DNA of 64,000 nucleotides from Nemertoderma westbladi (taxonomy: Eukaryota; Animalia; Xenacoelomorpha), in contig JAUCBJ010009152.1 of the NCBI GenBank assembly GCA_032718475.1, forward strand, positions 8,542 to 72,541, written 5' to 3'. Position numbers and translations under genes: made by a program. Shown here piece by piece: positions 35,401 to 50,400 of this stretch (the stretch's first letter is position 1; each line of letters begins with the position of its first letter). The notes under the pieces are model-generated. The model was not told the origin of the DNA, did no database searches, and worked only from the letters and a program-made list of their open reading frames with translations.

Positions 35401-38400
35401 ACTGGTTCTAACTGCTGTATGATGGACTCCATATAGGAGTTTTAACTGCTGTATGATGGACTCCATATAGGAGTACTGGTTCTAACTTTTGTATGATGGA
35501 CTCCATATAGGAGTACTGATTCTAACTGCTGTATGGTGGACTCCATATAGGAGTATTGATTCTAACTGCTGTGGACTCCATATAGGAGTACTGGTTCTAA
35601 CTTCTGATCAATGGACTCCATATAGGAGTACTGGTTCTAACTGCTGTATGATGGACTCCATATAGGAGTACTGGTTCTAACTGCTGTATGATGGACTCCA
35701 TATAGGAGTACTGGTTCTAACTGCTGTATGATGGACTCCATATAGGAGTACTGGTTCTAACTTCTGATCGATGGACTCAATATAGGAGTACTGGTTCTAA
35801 CTTCTGATTGATGGACTCCATATAGGAGTACTGGTTCTAACTGCTGTATGATGGACTCCATATAGGAGTTCTAACTGCTGTATGATGGACTCCATATAGG
35901 AGTACTGGTTCTAACTTTTGTATGATGGACTCCATATAGGAGTACTGATTCTAACTGCTGTATGGTGGACTCCATATAGGAGTATTGATTCTAACTGCTG
36001 TGGACTCCATATAGGAGTACTGGTTCTAACTTCTGATCAATGGACTCCATATAGGAGTACTGGTTCTAACTTCTGATCGATGGACTCCATATAGGAGTAC
36101 TGGTTCTAACTGCTGTATGATGGACTCCATATAGGAGTACTGGTTCTAACTGCTGTATGATGGACTCCATATAGGAGTACTGGTTATAACTTCTGATCGA
36201 TGGACTCCATATAGGAGTACTGGTTCTAACTGCTGTATAATGGACTCCATATAGGAGTACTGGTTCTAACTGCTGTATGATGGACTCCATATAGGAGTAC
36301 TGGTTATAACTTCTGATCGATGGACTCCATATAGGAGTACTGGTTCTAACTGCCCTATGATGGACTCCATATAGGAGTACTGGTTCTAACTTCTGATTGA
36401 TGGACTCCATATAGGAGTACTGGTTCTAACTTCTGATCGATGGACTCCATATAGGAGTACTGGTTCTAACTGCTGTATGATGGACTCCATATAGGAGTAC
36501 TGGTTCTAACTGCTGTATGATGGACTCCATATAGGAGTACTGGTTCTAACTGCTGTATGATGGACTCCATATAGGAGTACTGGTTCTAACTGCTGTATGA
36601 TGGACTCCATATAGGAGTACTGGTTCTAACTTCTGATCGATGGACTCCATATAGGAGTACTGGTTCTAACTGCTGTATAATGGACTCCATATAGGAGTAC
36701 TGGTTCTAACTGCTGTATGATGGACTCCATATAGGAGTACTGGTTCTAACTTCTGATCGATGGACTCCATATAGGAGTACTGGTTCTAACTGCCCTATGA
36801 TGGACTCCATATAGGAGTACTGGTTCTAACTTCTGATCGATGGACTCCATATAGGAGTACTGGTTCTAACTGCTGTATGATGGAATCCATATAGGAGTAC
36901 TGGTTCTAACTGCTGTATGATGGACTCCATATAGGAGTACTGGTTCTAACTTCTGATCGATGGACTCCATATAGGAGTACTGGTTCTAACTGCTGTATGA
37001 TGGACTCCATATAGGAGTACTGGTTCTAACTTCTGATCGATGGACTCCATATAGGAGTACTGGTTCTAACTGCCGTATGATGGACTCCATATAGGAGTAC
37101 TGGTTCTAACTTCTGATTGATGGACTCCATATAGGAGTACTGGTTCTAACTGATGTATGATGGACTCCATATAGGAGTACTGGTTCTAACTTCTGTATGA
37201 TGGACTCCATATAGGAGTACTGGTTCTAACTTCTGATTGATGGACTCCATATAGGAGTACTGGTTCTAACTGCTGTATGATGGACTCCATATAGGAGTTC
37301 TAACTGCTGTATGATGGACTCCATATAGGAGTACTGGTTCTAACTTTTGTATGATGGACTCCATATAGGAGTACTGATTCTAACTGCTGTATGGTGGACT
37401 CCATATAGGAGTATTGATTCTAACTGCTGTGGACTCCATATAGGAGTACTGGTTCTAACTTCTGATCGATGGACTCCATATAGGAGTACTGGTTCTAACT
37501 GCTGTATGATGGACTCCATATAGGAGTACTGGTTCTAACTGCTGTATGATGGACTCCATATAGGAGTACTGGTTCTAACTGCTGTATGATGGACTCCATA
37601 TAGGAGTACTGGTTCTAACTTCTGATCGATGGACTCAATATAGGAGTACTGGTTCTAACTTCTGATTGATGGACTCCATATAGGAGTACTGGTTCTAACT
37701 GCTGTATGATGGACTCCATATAGGAGTTCTAACTGCTGTATGATGGACTCCATATAGGAGTACTGGTTCTAACTTTTGTATGATGGACTCCATATAGGAG
37801 TACTGATTCTAACTGCTGTATGGTGGACTCCATATAGGAGTATTGATTCTAACTGCTGTGGACTCCATATAGGAGTACTGGTTCTAACTTCTGATCAATG
37901 GACTCCATATAGGAGTACTGGTTCTAACTGCTGTATGATGGACTCCATATAGGAGTACTGGTTCTAACTGCTGTATGATGGACTCCATATAGGAGTACTG
38001 GTTCTAACTGCTGTATGATGGACTCCATATAGGAGTACTGGTTCTAACTTCTGATCGATGGACTCAATATAGGAGTACTGGTTCTAACTTCTGATTGATG
38101 GACTCCATATAGGAGTACTGGTTCTAACTGCTGTATGATGGACTCCATATAGGAGTTCTAACTGCTGTATGATGGACTCCATATAGGAGTACTGGTTCTA
38201 ACTTTTGTATGATGGACTCCATATAGGAGTACTGATTCTAACTGCTGTATGGTGGACTCCATATAGGAGTATTGATTCTAACTGCTGTGGACTCCATATA
38301 GGAGTACTGGTTCTAACTTCTGATCAATGGACTCCATATAGGAGTACTGGTTCTAACTTCTGATCGATGGACTCCATATAGGAGTACTGGTTCTAACTGC

Positions 38401-41400
38401 TGTATGATGGACTCCATATAGGAGTACTGGTTCTAACTGCTGTATGATGGACTCCATATAGGAGTACTGGTTCTAACTTCTGATCGATGGACTCCATATA
38501 GGAGTACTGGTTCTAACTGCTGTATAATGGACTCCATATAGGAGTACTGGTTCTAACTGCTGTATGATGGACTCCATATAGGAGTACTGGTTCTAACTTC
38601 TGATCGATGGACTCCATATAGGAGTACTGGTTCTAACTGCCCTATAATGGACTCCATATAGGAGTACTGGTTCTAACTTCTGATTGATGGACTCCATATA
38701 GGAGTACTGGTTCTAACTGATGTATGATGGACTCCATATAGGAGTACTGGTTCTAACTTCTGTATGATGGACTCCATATAGGAGTACTGGTTCTAACTTC
38801 TGATTGATGGACTCCATATAGGAGTACTGGTTCTAACTGCTGTATGATGGACTCCATATAGGAGTTCTAACTGCTGTATGATGGACTCCATATAGGAGTA
38901 CTGGTTCTAACTTTTGTATGATGGACTCCATATAGGAGTACTGATTCTAACTGCTGTATGGTGGACTCCATATAGGAGTATTGATTCTAACTGCTGTGGA
39001 CTCCATATAGGAGTACTGGTTCTAACTTCTGATCGATGGACTCCATATAGGAGTACTGGTTCTAACTTCTGATCGATGGACTCCATATAGGAGTACTGGT
39101 TCTAACTGCTGTATGATGGACTCCATATAGGAGTACTGGTTCTAACTGCTGTATGATGGACTCCATATAGGAGTACTGGTTCTAACTTCTGATCGATGGA
39201 CTCCATATAGGAGTACTGGTTCTAACTGCTGTATAATGGACTCCATATAGGAGTACTGGTTCTAACTGCTGTATGATGGACTCCATATAGGAGTACTGGT
39301 TCTAACTTCTGATCGATGGACTCCATATAGGAGTACTGGTTCTAACTGCCGTATGATGGACTCCATATAGGAGTACTGGTTCTAACTTCTGATTGATGGA
39401 CTCCATATAGGAGTACTGGTTCTAACTGATGTATGATGGACTCCATATAGGAGTACTGGTTCTAACTTCTGTATGATGGACTCCATATAGGAGTACTGGT
39501 TCTAACTTCTGATTGATGGACTCCATATAGGAGTACTGGTTCTAACTGCTGTATGATGGACTCCATATAGGAGTTCTAACTGCTGTATGATGGACTCCAT
39601 ATAGGAGTACTGGTTCTAACTTTTGTATGATGGACTCCATATAGGAGTACTGATTCTAACTGCTGTATGGTGGACTCCATATAGGAGTATTGATTCTAAC
39701 TGCTGTGGACTCCATATAGGAGTACTGGTTCTAACTTCTGATCGATGGACTCCATATAGGAGTACTGGTTCTAACTGCTGTATGATGGACTCCATATAGG
39801 AGTACTGGTTCTAACTGCTGTATGATGGACTCCATATAGGAGTACTGGTTCTAACTGCTGTATGATGGACTCCATATAGGAGTACTGGTTCTAACTGCTG
39901 TATGATGGACTCCATATAGGAGTTCTAACTGCTGTATGATGGACTCCATATAGGAGTACTGGTTCTAACTTTTGTATGATGGACTCCATATAGGAGTACT
40001 GATTCTAACTGCTGTATGGTGGACTCCATATAGGAGTATTGATTCTAACTGCTGTGGACTCCATATAGGAGTACTGGTTCTAACTTCTGATCAATGGACT
40101 CCATATAGGAGTACTGGTTCTAACTGCTGTATGATGGACTCCATATAGGAGTACTGGTTCTAACTGCTGTATGATGGACTCCATATAGGAGTACTGGTTC
40201 TAACTGCTGTATGATGGACTCCATATAGGAGTACTGGTTCTAACTTCTGATCGATGGACTCAATATAGGAGTACTGGTTCTAACTTCTGATTGATGGACT
40301 CCATATAGGAGTACTGGTTCTAACTGCTGTATGATGGACTCCATATAGGAGTTCTAACTGCTGTATGATGGACTCCATATAGGAGTACTGGTTCTAACTT
40401 TTGTATGATGGACTCCATATAGGAGTACTGATTCTAACTGCTGTATGGTGGACTCCATATAGGAGTATTGATTCTAACTGCTGTGGACTCCATATAGGAG
40501 TACTGGTTCTAACTTCTGATCGATGGACTCCATATAGGAGTACTGGTTCTAACTTCTGATCGATGGACTCCATATAGGAGTACTGGTTCTAACTGCTGTA
40601 TGATGGACTCCATATAGGAGTACTGGTTCTAACTGCTGTATGATGGACTCCATATAGGAGTACTGGTTCTAACTTCTGATCGATGGACTCCATATAGGAG
40701 TACTGGTTCTAACTGCTGTATAATGGACTCCATATAGGAGTACTGGTTCTAACTGCTGTATGATGGACTCCATATAGGAGTACTGGTTCTAACTTCTGAT
40801 CGATGGACTCCATATAGGAGTACTGGTTCTAACTGCCCTATGATGGACTCCATATAGGAGTACTGGTTCTAACTTCTGATTGATGGACTCCATATAGGAG
40901 TACTGGTTCTAACTGATGTATGATGGACTCCATATAGGAGTACTGGTTCTAACTTCTGTATGATGGACTCCATATAGGAGTACTGGTTCTAACTTCTGAT
41001 TGATGGACTCCATATAGGAGTACTGGTTCTAACTGCTGTATGATGGACTCCATATAGGAGTTCTAACTGCTGTATGATGGACTCCATATAGGAGTACTGG
41101 TTCTAACTTTTGTATGATGGACTCCATATAGGAGTACTGATTCTAACTGCTGTATGGTGGACTCCATATAGGAGTATTGATTCTAACTGCTGTGGACTCC
41201 ATATAGGAGTACTGGTTCTAACTTCTGATCGATGGACTCCATATAGGAGTACTGGTTCTAACTTCTGATCGATGGACTCCATATAGGAGTACTGGTTCTA
41301 ACTGCTGTATGATGGACTCCATATAGGAGTACTGGTTCTAACTGCTGTATGATGGACTCCATATAGGAGTACTGGTTCTAACTTCTGATCGATGGACTCC

Positions 41401-44400
41401 ATATAGGAGTACTGGTTCTAACTGCTGTATAATGGACTCCATATAGGAGTACTGGTTCTAACTGCTGTATGATGGACTCCATATAGGAGTACTGGTTCTA
41501 ACTTCTGATTGATGGACTCCATATAGGAGTACTGGTTCTAACTGCTGTTAACTTCTGATTGATGGACTCCATATAGGAGTACTGGTTCTAACTGATGTAT
41601 GATGGACTCCATATAGGAGTACTGGTTCTAACTTCTGTATGATGGACTCCATATAGGAGTACTGGTTCTAACTTCTGATTGATGGACTCCATATAGGAGT
41701 ACTGGTTCTAACTGCTGTATGATGGACTCCATATAGGAGTTCTAACTGCTGTATGATGGACTCCATATAGGAGTACTGATTCTAACTGCTGTATGATGGA
41801 CTCCATATAGGAGTACTGGTTCTAACTTCTGATTGATAGACTCCATATAGGAGTACTGGTTCTAACTGATGTATGATGGACTCCACATAGGAGTACTGGT
41901 TCTAACTGCTGTATGATGGACTCCATATAGGAGTACTGGTTCTAACTGCTGTATGATGGACTCCATATAGGAGTACTGGTTCTAACTTCTGATTGATGGG
42001 ACTCCATAAAGGAGTACTACTAGTTCTAACTTCTGATTGATGGACTCCATATAGGAGTACTGGTTCTAACTGCTGTATGATGGACTCCATATAGGAGTAC
42101 TGGTTCTAACTTCTGATTGATGGACTCCATATAGGAGTACTGGTTCTAACTGATGTATGATGGACTCCATATAGGAGTTCTAACTACTGTATGATGGACT
42201 CCATATAGGAGTACTGGTTCTAACTTTTGTATGATGGACTCCATATAGGAGTACTGATTCTAACTGCTGTATGATGGACTCCATATAGGAGTACTGGTTC
42301 TAACTTCTGATTGATGGACTCCATATAGGAGTACAGGTTCTAACTTCTGATTGATGGACTCCATATAGGAGTACTGGTTCTATATAGGTGTACTGATTCT
42401 AACTGCTGTATGAAGGACTCCATATAGGAGTACTGGTTCGAACGTCTGATTGATGGAATTCATATAGGAGTACTGGTTCTAACTGATGTATGATGGACTC
42501 CATATAGGAGTACTGGTTCTAACTTTTGTATGATGGACTCCATATAGGAGTACTGATTCTAACTGCTGTATGATGGACTCCATATAGGAGTACTGGTTCT
42601 AACTTCTGATTGATGGACTCCATAAAGGAGTACTAGTTCTAACTTCTGATTGATGGACTCCATATAGGAGTACTGGTTCTAACTGCTGTATGATGGACTC
42701 CATATAGGAGTACTGGTTCTAACTTCTCATTGATGGACTCCATATAGGAGTACTGGTTCTAACTTCTCATTGATGGACTCCATATAGGAGTACTGGTTCT
42801 AACTTCTGATTGATGGACTCCATATAGGAGTACTGGTTCTAACTGCTGTATGATGGACTCCATATAGGAGTACTGGTTCTAACTTTTGAATGATGGACTC
42901 CATATAGGAGTACTGATTCTAACTGCTGTATGATGGACTCCATATAGGAGTACTGGTTCTAACTTCTGATTGATGGACTCCATAAAGGAGTACTAGTTCT
43001 AACTGCTGTATGATGGACTCCATATAGGAGTACTGATTCTAACTTCTGATCGATGGACTCCATATAGGAGTACTGGTTCTAACTTCTGATCGATGGACTC
43101 CATATAGGAGTACTGGTTCTAACTGCTGTATGATGGACTCCATATAGGAGTACTGGTTCTAACTTTTGAATGATGGACTCCATATAGGAGTACTGATTCT
43201 AACTGCTGTATGATGGACTCCATATAGGAGTACTGGTTCTAACTTCTGATTGATGGACTCCATAAAGGAGTACTAGTTCTAACTGCTGTATGATGGACTC
43301 CATATAGGAGTACTGATTCTAACTTCTGATCGATGGACTCCATATAGGAGTACTGGTTCTAACTTCTGATTGATGGACTCCATATAGGAGTACTGGTTCT
43401 AACTGCTGTATGATGGACTCCATATAGGAGTACTGGTTCTAACTGCTGTATGATGGACTCCATATAGGAGTACTGGTTCTAACTTCTGATTGATGGACTC
43501 CATATAGGAGTACTGGTTCTAACTGATGTATGATGGACTCCACATAGGAGTACTGGTTCTAACTTTTGAATGATGGACTCCATATAGGAGTACTGATTCT
43601 AACTGCTGTATGATGGACTCCATATAGGAGTACTGGTTCTAACTTCTGATTGATGGACTCCATAAAGGAGTACTAGTTCTAACTGCTGTATGATGGACTC
43701 CATATAGGAGTACTGATTCTAACTTCTGATCGATGGACTCCATATAGGAGTACTGGTTCTAACTTCTGATCGATGGACTCCATATAGGAGTACTGGTTCT
43801 AACTGCTGTATGATGGACTCCATATAGGAGTACTGGTTCTAACTGCTGTATGATGGACTCCATATAGGAGTACTGGTTCTAACTTCTGATCGATGGACTC
43901 CATATAGGAGTACTGGTTCTAACTGCTGTATAATGGACTCCATATAGGAGTACTGGTTCTAACTGCTGTATGATGGACTCCATATAGGAGTACTGGTTCT
44001 AACTTCTGATCGATGGACTCCATATAGGAGTACTGGTTCTAACTGCCGTATGATGGACTCCATATAGGAGTACTGGTTCTAACTTCTGATTGATGGACTC
44101 CATATAGGAGTACTGGTTCTAACTTCTGTATGATGGACTCCATATAGGAGTACTGGTTCTAACTTCTGATTGATGGACTCCATATAGGAGTACTGGTTCT
44201 AACTGCTGTATGATTAACTCCATATAGGAGTTCTAACTGCTGTATGATGGACTCCATATAGGAGTACTGGTTCTAACTTTTGTATGATGGACTCCATATA
44301 GGAGTACTGATTCTAACTGCTGTATGGTGGACTCCATATAGGAGTATTGATTCTAACTGCTGTGGACTCCATATAGGAGTACTGGTTCTAACTTCTGATC

Positions 44401-47400
44401 GATGGACTCCATATAGGAGTACTGGTTCTAACTGCTGTATGATGGACTCCATATAGGAGTACTGGTTCTAACTGCTGTATGATGGACTCCATATAGGTGT
44501 ACTGGTTCTAACTGCTGTATGATGGACTCCATATAGGAGTACTGGTTCTAACTTCTGATCGATGGACTCCATATAGGAGTACTGGTTCTAACTTCTGATT
44601 GATGGACTCCATATAGGAGTACTGGTTCTAACTGCTGTATGATGGACTCCATATAGGAGTTCTAACTGCTGTATGATGGACTCCATATAGGAGTACTGGT
44701 TCTAACTTTTGTATGATGGACTCCATATAGGAGTACTGATTCTAACTGCTGTATGGTGGACTCCATATAGGAGTATTGATTCTAACTGCTGTGGACTCCA
44801 TATAGGAGTACTGGTTCTAACTTCTGATCGATGGACTCCATATAGGAGTACTGGTTCTAACTGCTGTATGATGGACTCCATATAGGAGTACTGGTTCTAA
44901 CTGCTGTATGATGGACTCCATATAGGAGTACTGGTTCTAACTTCTGATCGATGGACTCCATATAGGAGTACTGGTTCTAACTGCTGTATAATGGACTCCA
45001 TATAGGAGTACTGGCTCTAACTGCTGTATGATGGACTCCATATAGGAGTACTGGTTCTAACTTCTGCTCGATGGACTCCATATAGGAGTACTGGTTCTAA
45101 CTGCCGTATGATGGACTCCATATAGGAGTACTGGTTCTAACTTCTGATTGATGGACTCCATATAGGAGTACTGGTTCTAACTGATGTATGATGGACTCCA
45201 TATAGGAGTACTGGTTCTAACTTCTGTATGATGGACTCCATATAGGAGTACTGGTTCTAACTTCTGATTGATGGACTCCATATAGGAGTACTGGTTCTAA
45301 CTGCTGTATGATGGACTCCATATAGGAGTTCTAACTGCTGTATGATGGACTCCATATAGGAGTACTGGTTCTAACTTTTGTATGATGGACTCCATATAGG
45401 AGTACTGATTCTAACTGCTGTATGGTGGACTCCATATAGGAGTATTGATTCTAACTGCTGTGGACTCCATATAGGAGTACTGGTTCTAACTTCTGATCGA
45501 TGCACTCCATATAGGAGTACTGGTTCTAACTGCTGTATGATGGACTCCATATAGGAGTACTGGTTCTAACTGCTGTATGATGGACTCCATATAGGAGTAC
45601 TGGTTCTAACTGCTGCATGATGGACTCCATATAGGAGTACTGGTTCTAACTGCTGTATGATGGACTCCATATAGGAGTACTGATTCTAACTGCTGTATGA
45701 TGGACTCCATATATGAGTTCTAACTGCTGTATGATGGACTCCATATAGGAGTACTGGTTCTAACTTTTGTATGATGGACTCCATATAGGAGTACTGATTC
45801 TAACTGCTGTATGATGGACTCCATATAGGAGTATGGTTCTAACTTCTGTATGATGGACTCCATATAGGAGTACTGGTTCTAACTTCTGATTGATGGACTC
45901 CATATAGGAGTACTGGTTCTAACTGCTGTTAACTTCTGATTGATGGACTCCATATAGGAGTACTGGTTCTAACTGATGTATGATGGACTCCATATAGGAG
46001 TACTGGTTCTAACTTCTGTATGATGGACTCCATATAGGAGTACTGGTTCTAACTTCTGATTGATGGACTCCATATAGGAGTACTGGTTCTAACTGCTGTA
46101 TGATGGACTCCATATAGGAGTTCTAACTGCTGTATGATGGACTCCATATAGGAGTACTGGTTCTAACTTTTGTATGATGGACTCCATATAGGAGTACTGA
46201 TTCTAACTGCTGTATGATGGACTCCATATAGGAGTACTGGTTCTAACTTCTGATTGATGGACTCCATATAGGAGTACTGGTTCTAACTTCTGATTGATGG
46301 ACTCCATATAGGAGTACTGGTTCTAACTGCTGTATGATGGACTCCATATAGGAGTACTGGTTCTAACTGCTGTATGATGGACTCCATATAGGAGTACTGG
46401 TTCTAACTGCTGTATGATGGAATCCATATAGGAGTACTGGTTCCTGGTTCTATCTGCTGATTGATGCTCCATATAGGAGTACTGGTTCTAACTGCTGTAT
46501 GATGGACTCCATATAGGAGTACTGGTTCTAACTGCTGTATGATGGACTCCATATAGGAGTACTGGTTCTAACTTCTGATTGATGGACTCCATATAGGAGT
46601 ACTGGTTCTAACTGCTGTATGATGGACTCCATATAGGAGTACTGGTTCTAACTGCTGTATGATGGACTCCATATAGGAGTACTGGTTCTAACTTCTGATT
46701 GATGGACTCCATATAGGAGTACTGGTTCTAACTGCTGTATGATGGACTCCATATAGGAGTACTGGTTCTAACTTCTGATTGATGGACTCCATATAGGAGT
46801 ACTGGTTCTAACTTATGACTGATGGACTGACTCCATATAGGAGTACTGGTTCTAACTTCTGATTGATGGACTCCATATAGGAGTACTGGTTCTAACTGCT
46901 GTATGATGGACTCCATATAGGAGTACTGGTTCTAACTTCTGATTGATGGACTCCATATAGGAGTACTGGTTCTAACTGCTGTATGATGGACTCCATATAT
47001 GAGTACTGGTTCTAACTGCTGTATGATGGACTCCATATAGGAGTACTGGTTCTAACTTCTGATTGATGGACTCCATATAGGAGTACTGGTTCTAACTGCT
47101 GTATGATGGACTCCATATAGGAGTACTGGTTCTAACTTCTGATTGATGGACTCCATATAGGAGTACTGGTTCTAACTTATGACTGATAGACTGACTCCAT
47201 ATAGGAGTACTGGTTCTAACTTCTGATTGATGGACTCCATATAGGAGTACTGGTTCTAACTGATGTATGATGGACTCCATATAGGAGTACTGGTTCTAAC
47301 TGCTGTATCATGGAATCCATATAGGAATACTGGTTCCTGGTTCTATCTGCTGATTGATGCTCCATATAGGAGTACTGGTTCTAACTGCTGTATGATGGAC

Positions 47401-50400
47401 TCCATATAGGAGTACTGGTTCTAACAGCTGTATGATGGACTCCATATAGGAGTACTGGTTCTAACTGCTGTATGATGGACTCCATATAGGAGTACTGGTT
47501 CTAACTTCTGATTGATGGACTCCATATAGGAGTACTGGTTCTAACTGCTGTATGATGGACTCCATATAGGAGTACTGGTTCTAACTGCTGTATGATGGAA
47601 TCCATATAGGAGTACTGGTTCCTGGTTCTATCTGCTGATTGATGCTCCATATAGGAGTACTGGTTCTAACTGCTGTATGATGGACTCCATATAGGAGTAC
47701 TGGTTCTAACTGCTGTATGATGGACTCCATATAGGAGTACTGGTTCTAACTGCTGTATGATGGACTCCATATAGGAGTACTGGTTCTAACTGCTGTATGA
47801 TGGACTCCATATAGGAGTACTGGTTCTAACTTCTGATTCTGATTGATGGACTCCATATAGGAGTACTGGTTCTAACTGCTGTATGATGGACTCCATATAG
47901 GAGTACTGGTTCTAACTGCTGTATGATGGACTCCATATAGGAGTACTGGTTCTAACTGCTGATTGATGGACTCCATATAGGAGTACTGGTTCTAACTTCT
48001 GATTGATGAACTCCATAAAGGAGTACTGGTTCTAACTGCTGATTGAGGAGTACTGGTTCTAATTACTGTATGATGGACTCCATAAAGGAGTACTGGTTCT
48101 AACTTCTGATTGATAGACTCCATATAGGAGTACTGGTTCTAACTGCTGATTGATGAACTCCATATAGGAGTACTGATTCTAACTGCTGTATGATGGACTC
48201 CATATAGGAGTACTGGTTCTAACTGCTGTATGATGGACTCCATATAGGAGTACTGGTTCTAACTGCTGCATGATGGACTCCATATAGGAGTACTGGTTCT
48301 AACTGCTGTATGATGGACTCCATATAGGAGTACTGATTCTAACTGCTGTATGATGGACTCCATATATGAGTTCTAACTGCTGTATGATGGACTCCATATA
48401 GGAGTACTGGTTCTAACTTTTGTATGATGGACTCCATATAGGAGTACTGATTCTAACTGCTGTATGATGGACTCCATATAGGAGTACTGGTTCTAACTTC
48501 TGATTGATGGACTCCATATAGGAGTACTGGTTCTAACTTCTGATTGATGGACTCCATATAGGAGTACTGGTTCTAACTGCTGTATGATGGACTCCATATA
48601 GGAGTACTGGTTCTAACTGCTGTATGATGGACTCCATATAGGAGTACTGGTTCTAACTGCTGTATGATGGAATCCATATAGGAGTACTGGTTCCTGGTTC
48701 TATCTGCTGATTGATGCTCCATATAGGAGTACTGGTTCTAACTGCTGTATGATGGACTCCATATAGGAGTACTGGTTCTAACTGCTGTATGATAGACTCC
48801 ATATTGGAGTACTGGTTCTAACTTCTGATTCTGATTGATGGACTCCATATAGGAGTACTGGTTCTAACTGCTGTATGATGGACTCCATATAGGAGTACTG
48901 GTTCTAACTGCTGTATGATGGACTCCATATAGGAGTGGACTCCATATAGGAGTACTGGTTCTAACTTCTGATTGATGGACTCCATAAAGGAGTACTGGTT
49001 CTAACTGCTGATTGAGGAGTACTGGTTCTAACTACTGTATGATAGACTCCATAAAGGAGTACTGGTTCTAACTTTTGATTGATGGAGTACTGGTTCTAAC
49101 TGCTGATTGATGAACTCCATATAGGAGTACTGATTCTAACTGCTGTATGATGGACTCCATATAGGAGTACTGGTTCTAACTGCTGTATGATGGACTCCAT
49201 ATAGGAGTACTGGTTCTAACTGCCGTATGATGGACTCCACATAGGAGTACTGGTTCTAACTGCTGTATGATGGACTCCATATAGGAGTACTGATTCTAAC
49301 TGCTGTATGATGGACTCCATATAGGAGTACTGGTTCTAACTGCTGTATGATGGACTCCATATAGGAGTACTGGTTCTAACTACTGTATGATGGACTCCAT
49401 ATAGGAGTACTGGTTCTAACTGCCGTATGATGGACTCCATATAGGAGTACTGGTTCTAACTGCTGTATGATGGACTCCATATAGGAGTACTGATTCTAAC
49501 TGCTGTTTGATGGACTCCATATAGGAGTACTGGTTCTAACTGCTGATTGATGAACTCCATATAGGAGTACTGATTCTAACTGCTGTATGATGGACTCCAT
49601 ATAGGAGTACTGGTTCTAACTGCTGTATGATGGACTCCATATATGAGTACTGGTTCTAACTGATGTATGATGGACTCCATATAGGAGTACTGGTTCTAAC
49701 TGCTGTATGATGGACTCCATATAGGAGTACTGGTTCTAACTGCTGATTGATGAACTCCATATAGGAGTACTGATTCTAACTGCTGTATGATGGACTCCAT
49801 ATAGGAGTACTGGTTCTAACTGCTGTATGATGGACTCCATATATGAGTACTGGTTCTAACTGATGTATGATGGACTCCATATAGGAGTACTGGTTCTAAC
49901 TGCTGTATGATGGACTCCATATAGGAGTACTGGTTCTAACTTCTGATCGATGGATTCCATATAGGAGTACTGGTTCTAACTTCTGATTGATGGACTCCAT
50001 ATAGGAGTACTGATTCTAACTGCTGTATGATGGACTCCATATAGGAGTTCTAACTGCTGTGTGATGGACTCCATATAGGAGTACTGGTTCTAACTTTTGT
50101 ATGATGGACTCCATATAGGAGTACTGATTCTAACTGCTGTATGATGGACTCCATATAGGAGTACTGGTTCTAACTTCTGATTGATGGACTCCATATAGGA
50201 GTACTGATTCTAACTGCTGTATGATGGACTCCATATAGGAGTACTGGTTCTAACTGCTGTATGATGGACTCCATATATGAGTACTGGTTCTAACTGATGT
50301 ATGATGGACTCCATATAGGAGTACTGGTTCTAACTGCTGTGTGATGGACTCCATATAGGAGTACTGGTTCTAACTGCTGTATGATGGACTCCATATAGGA

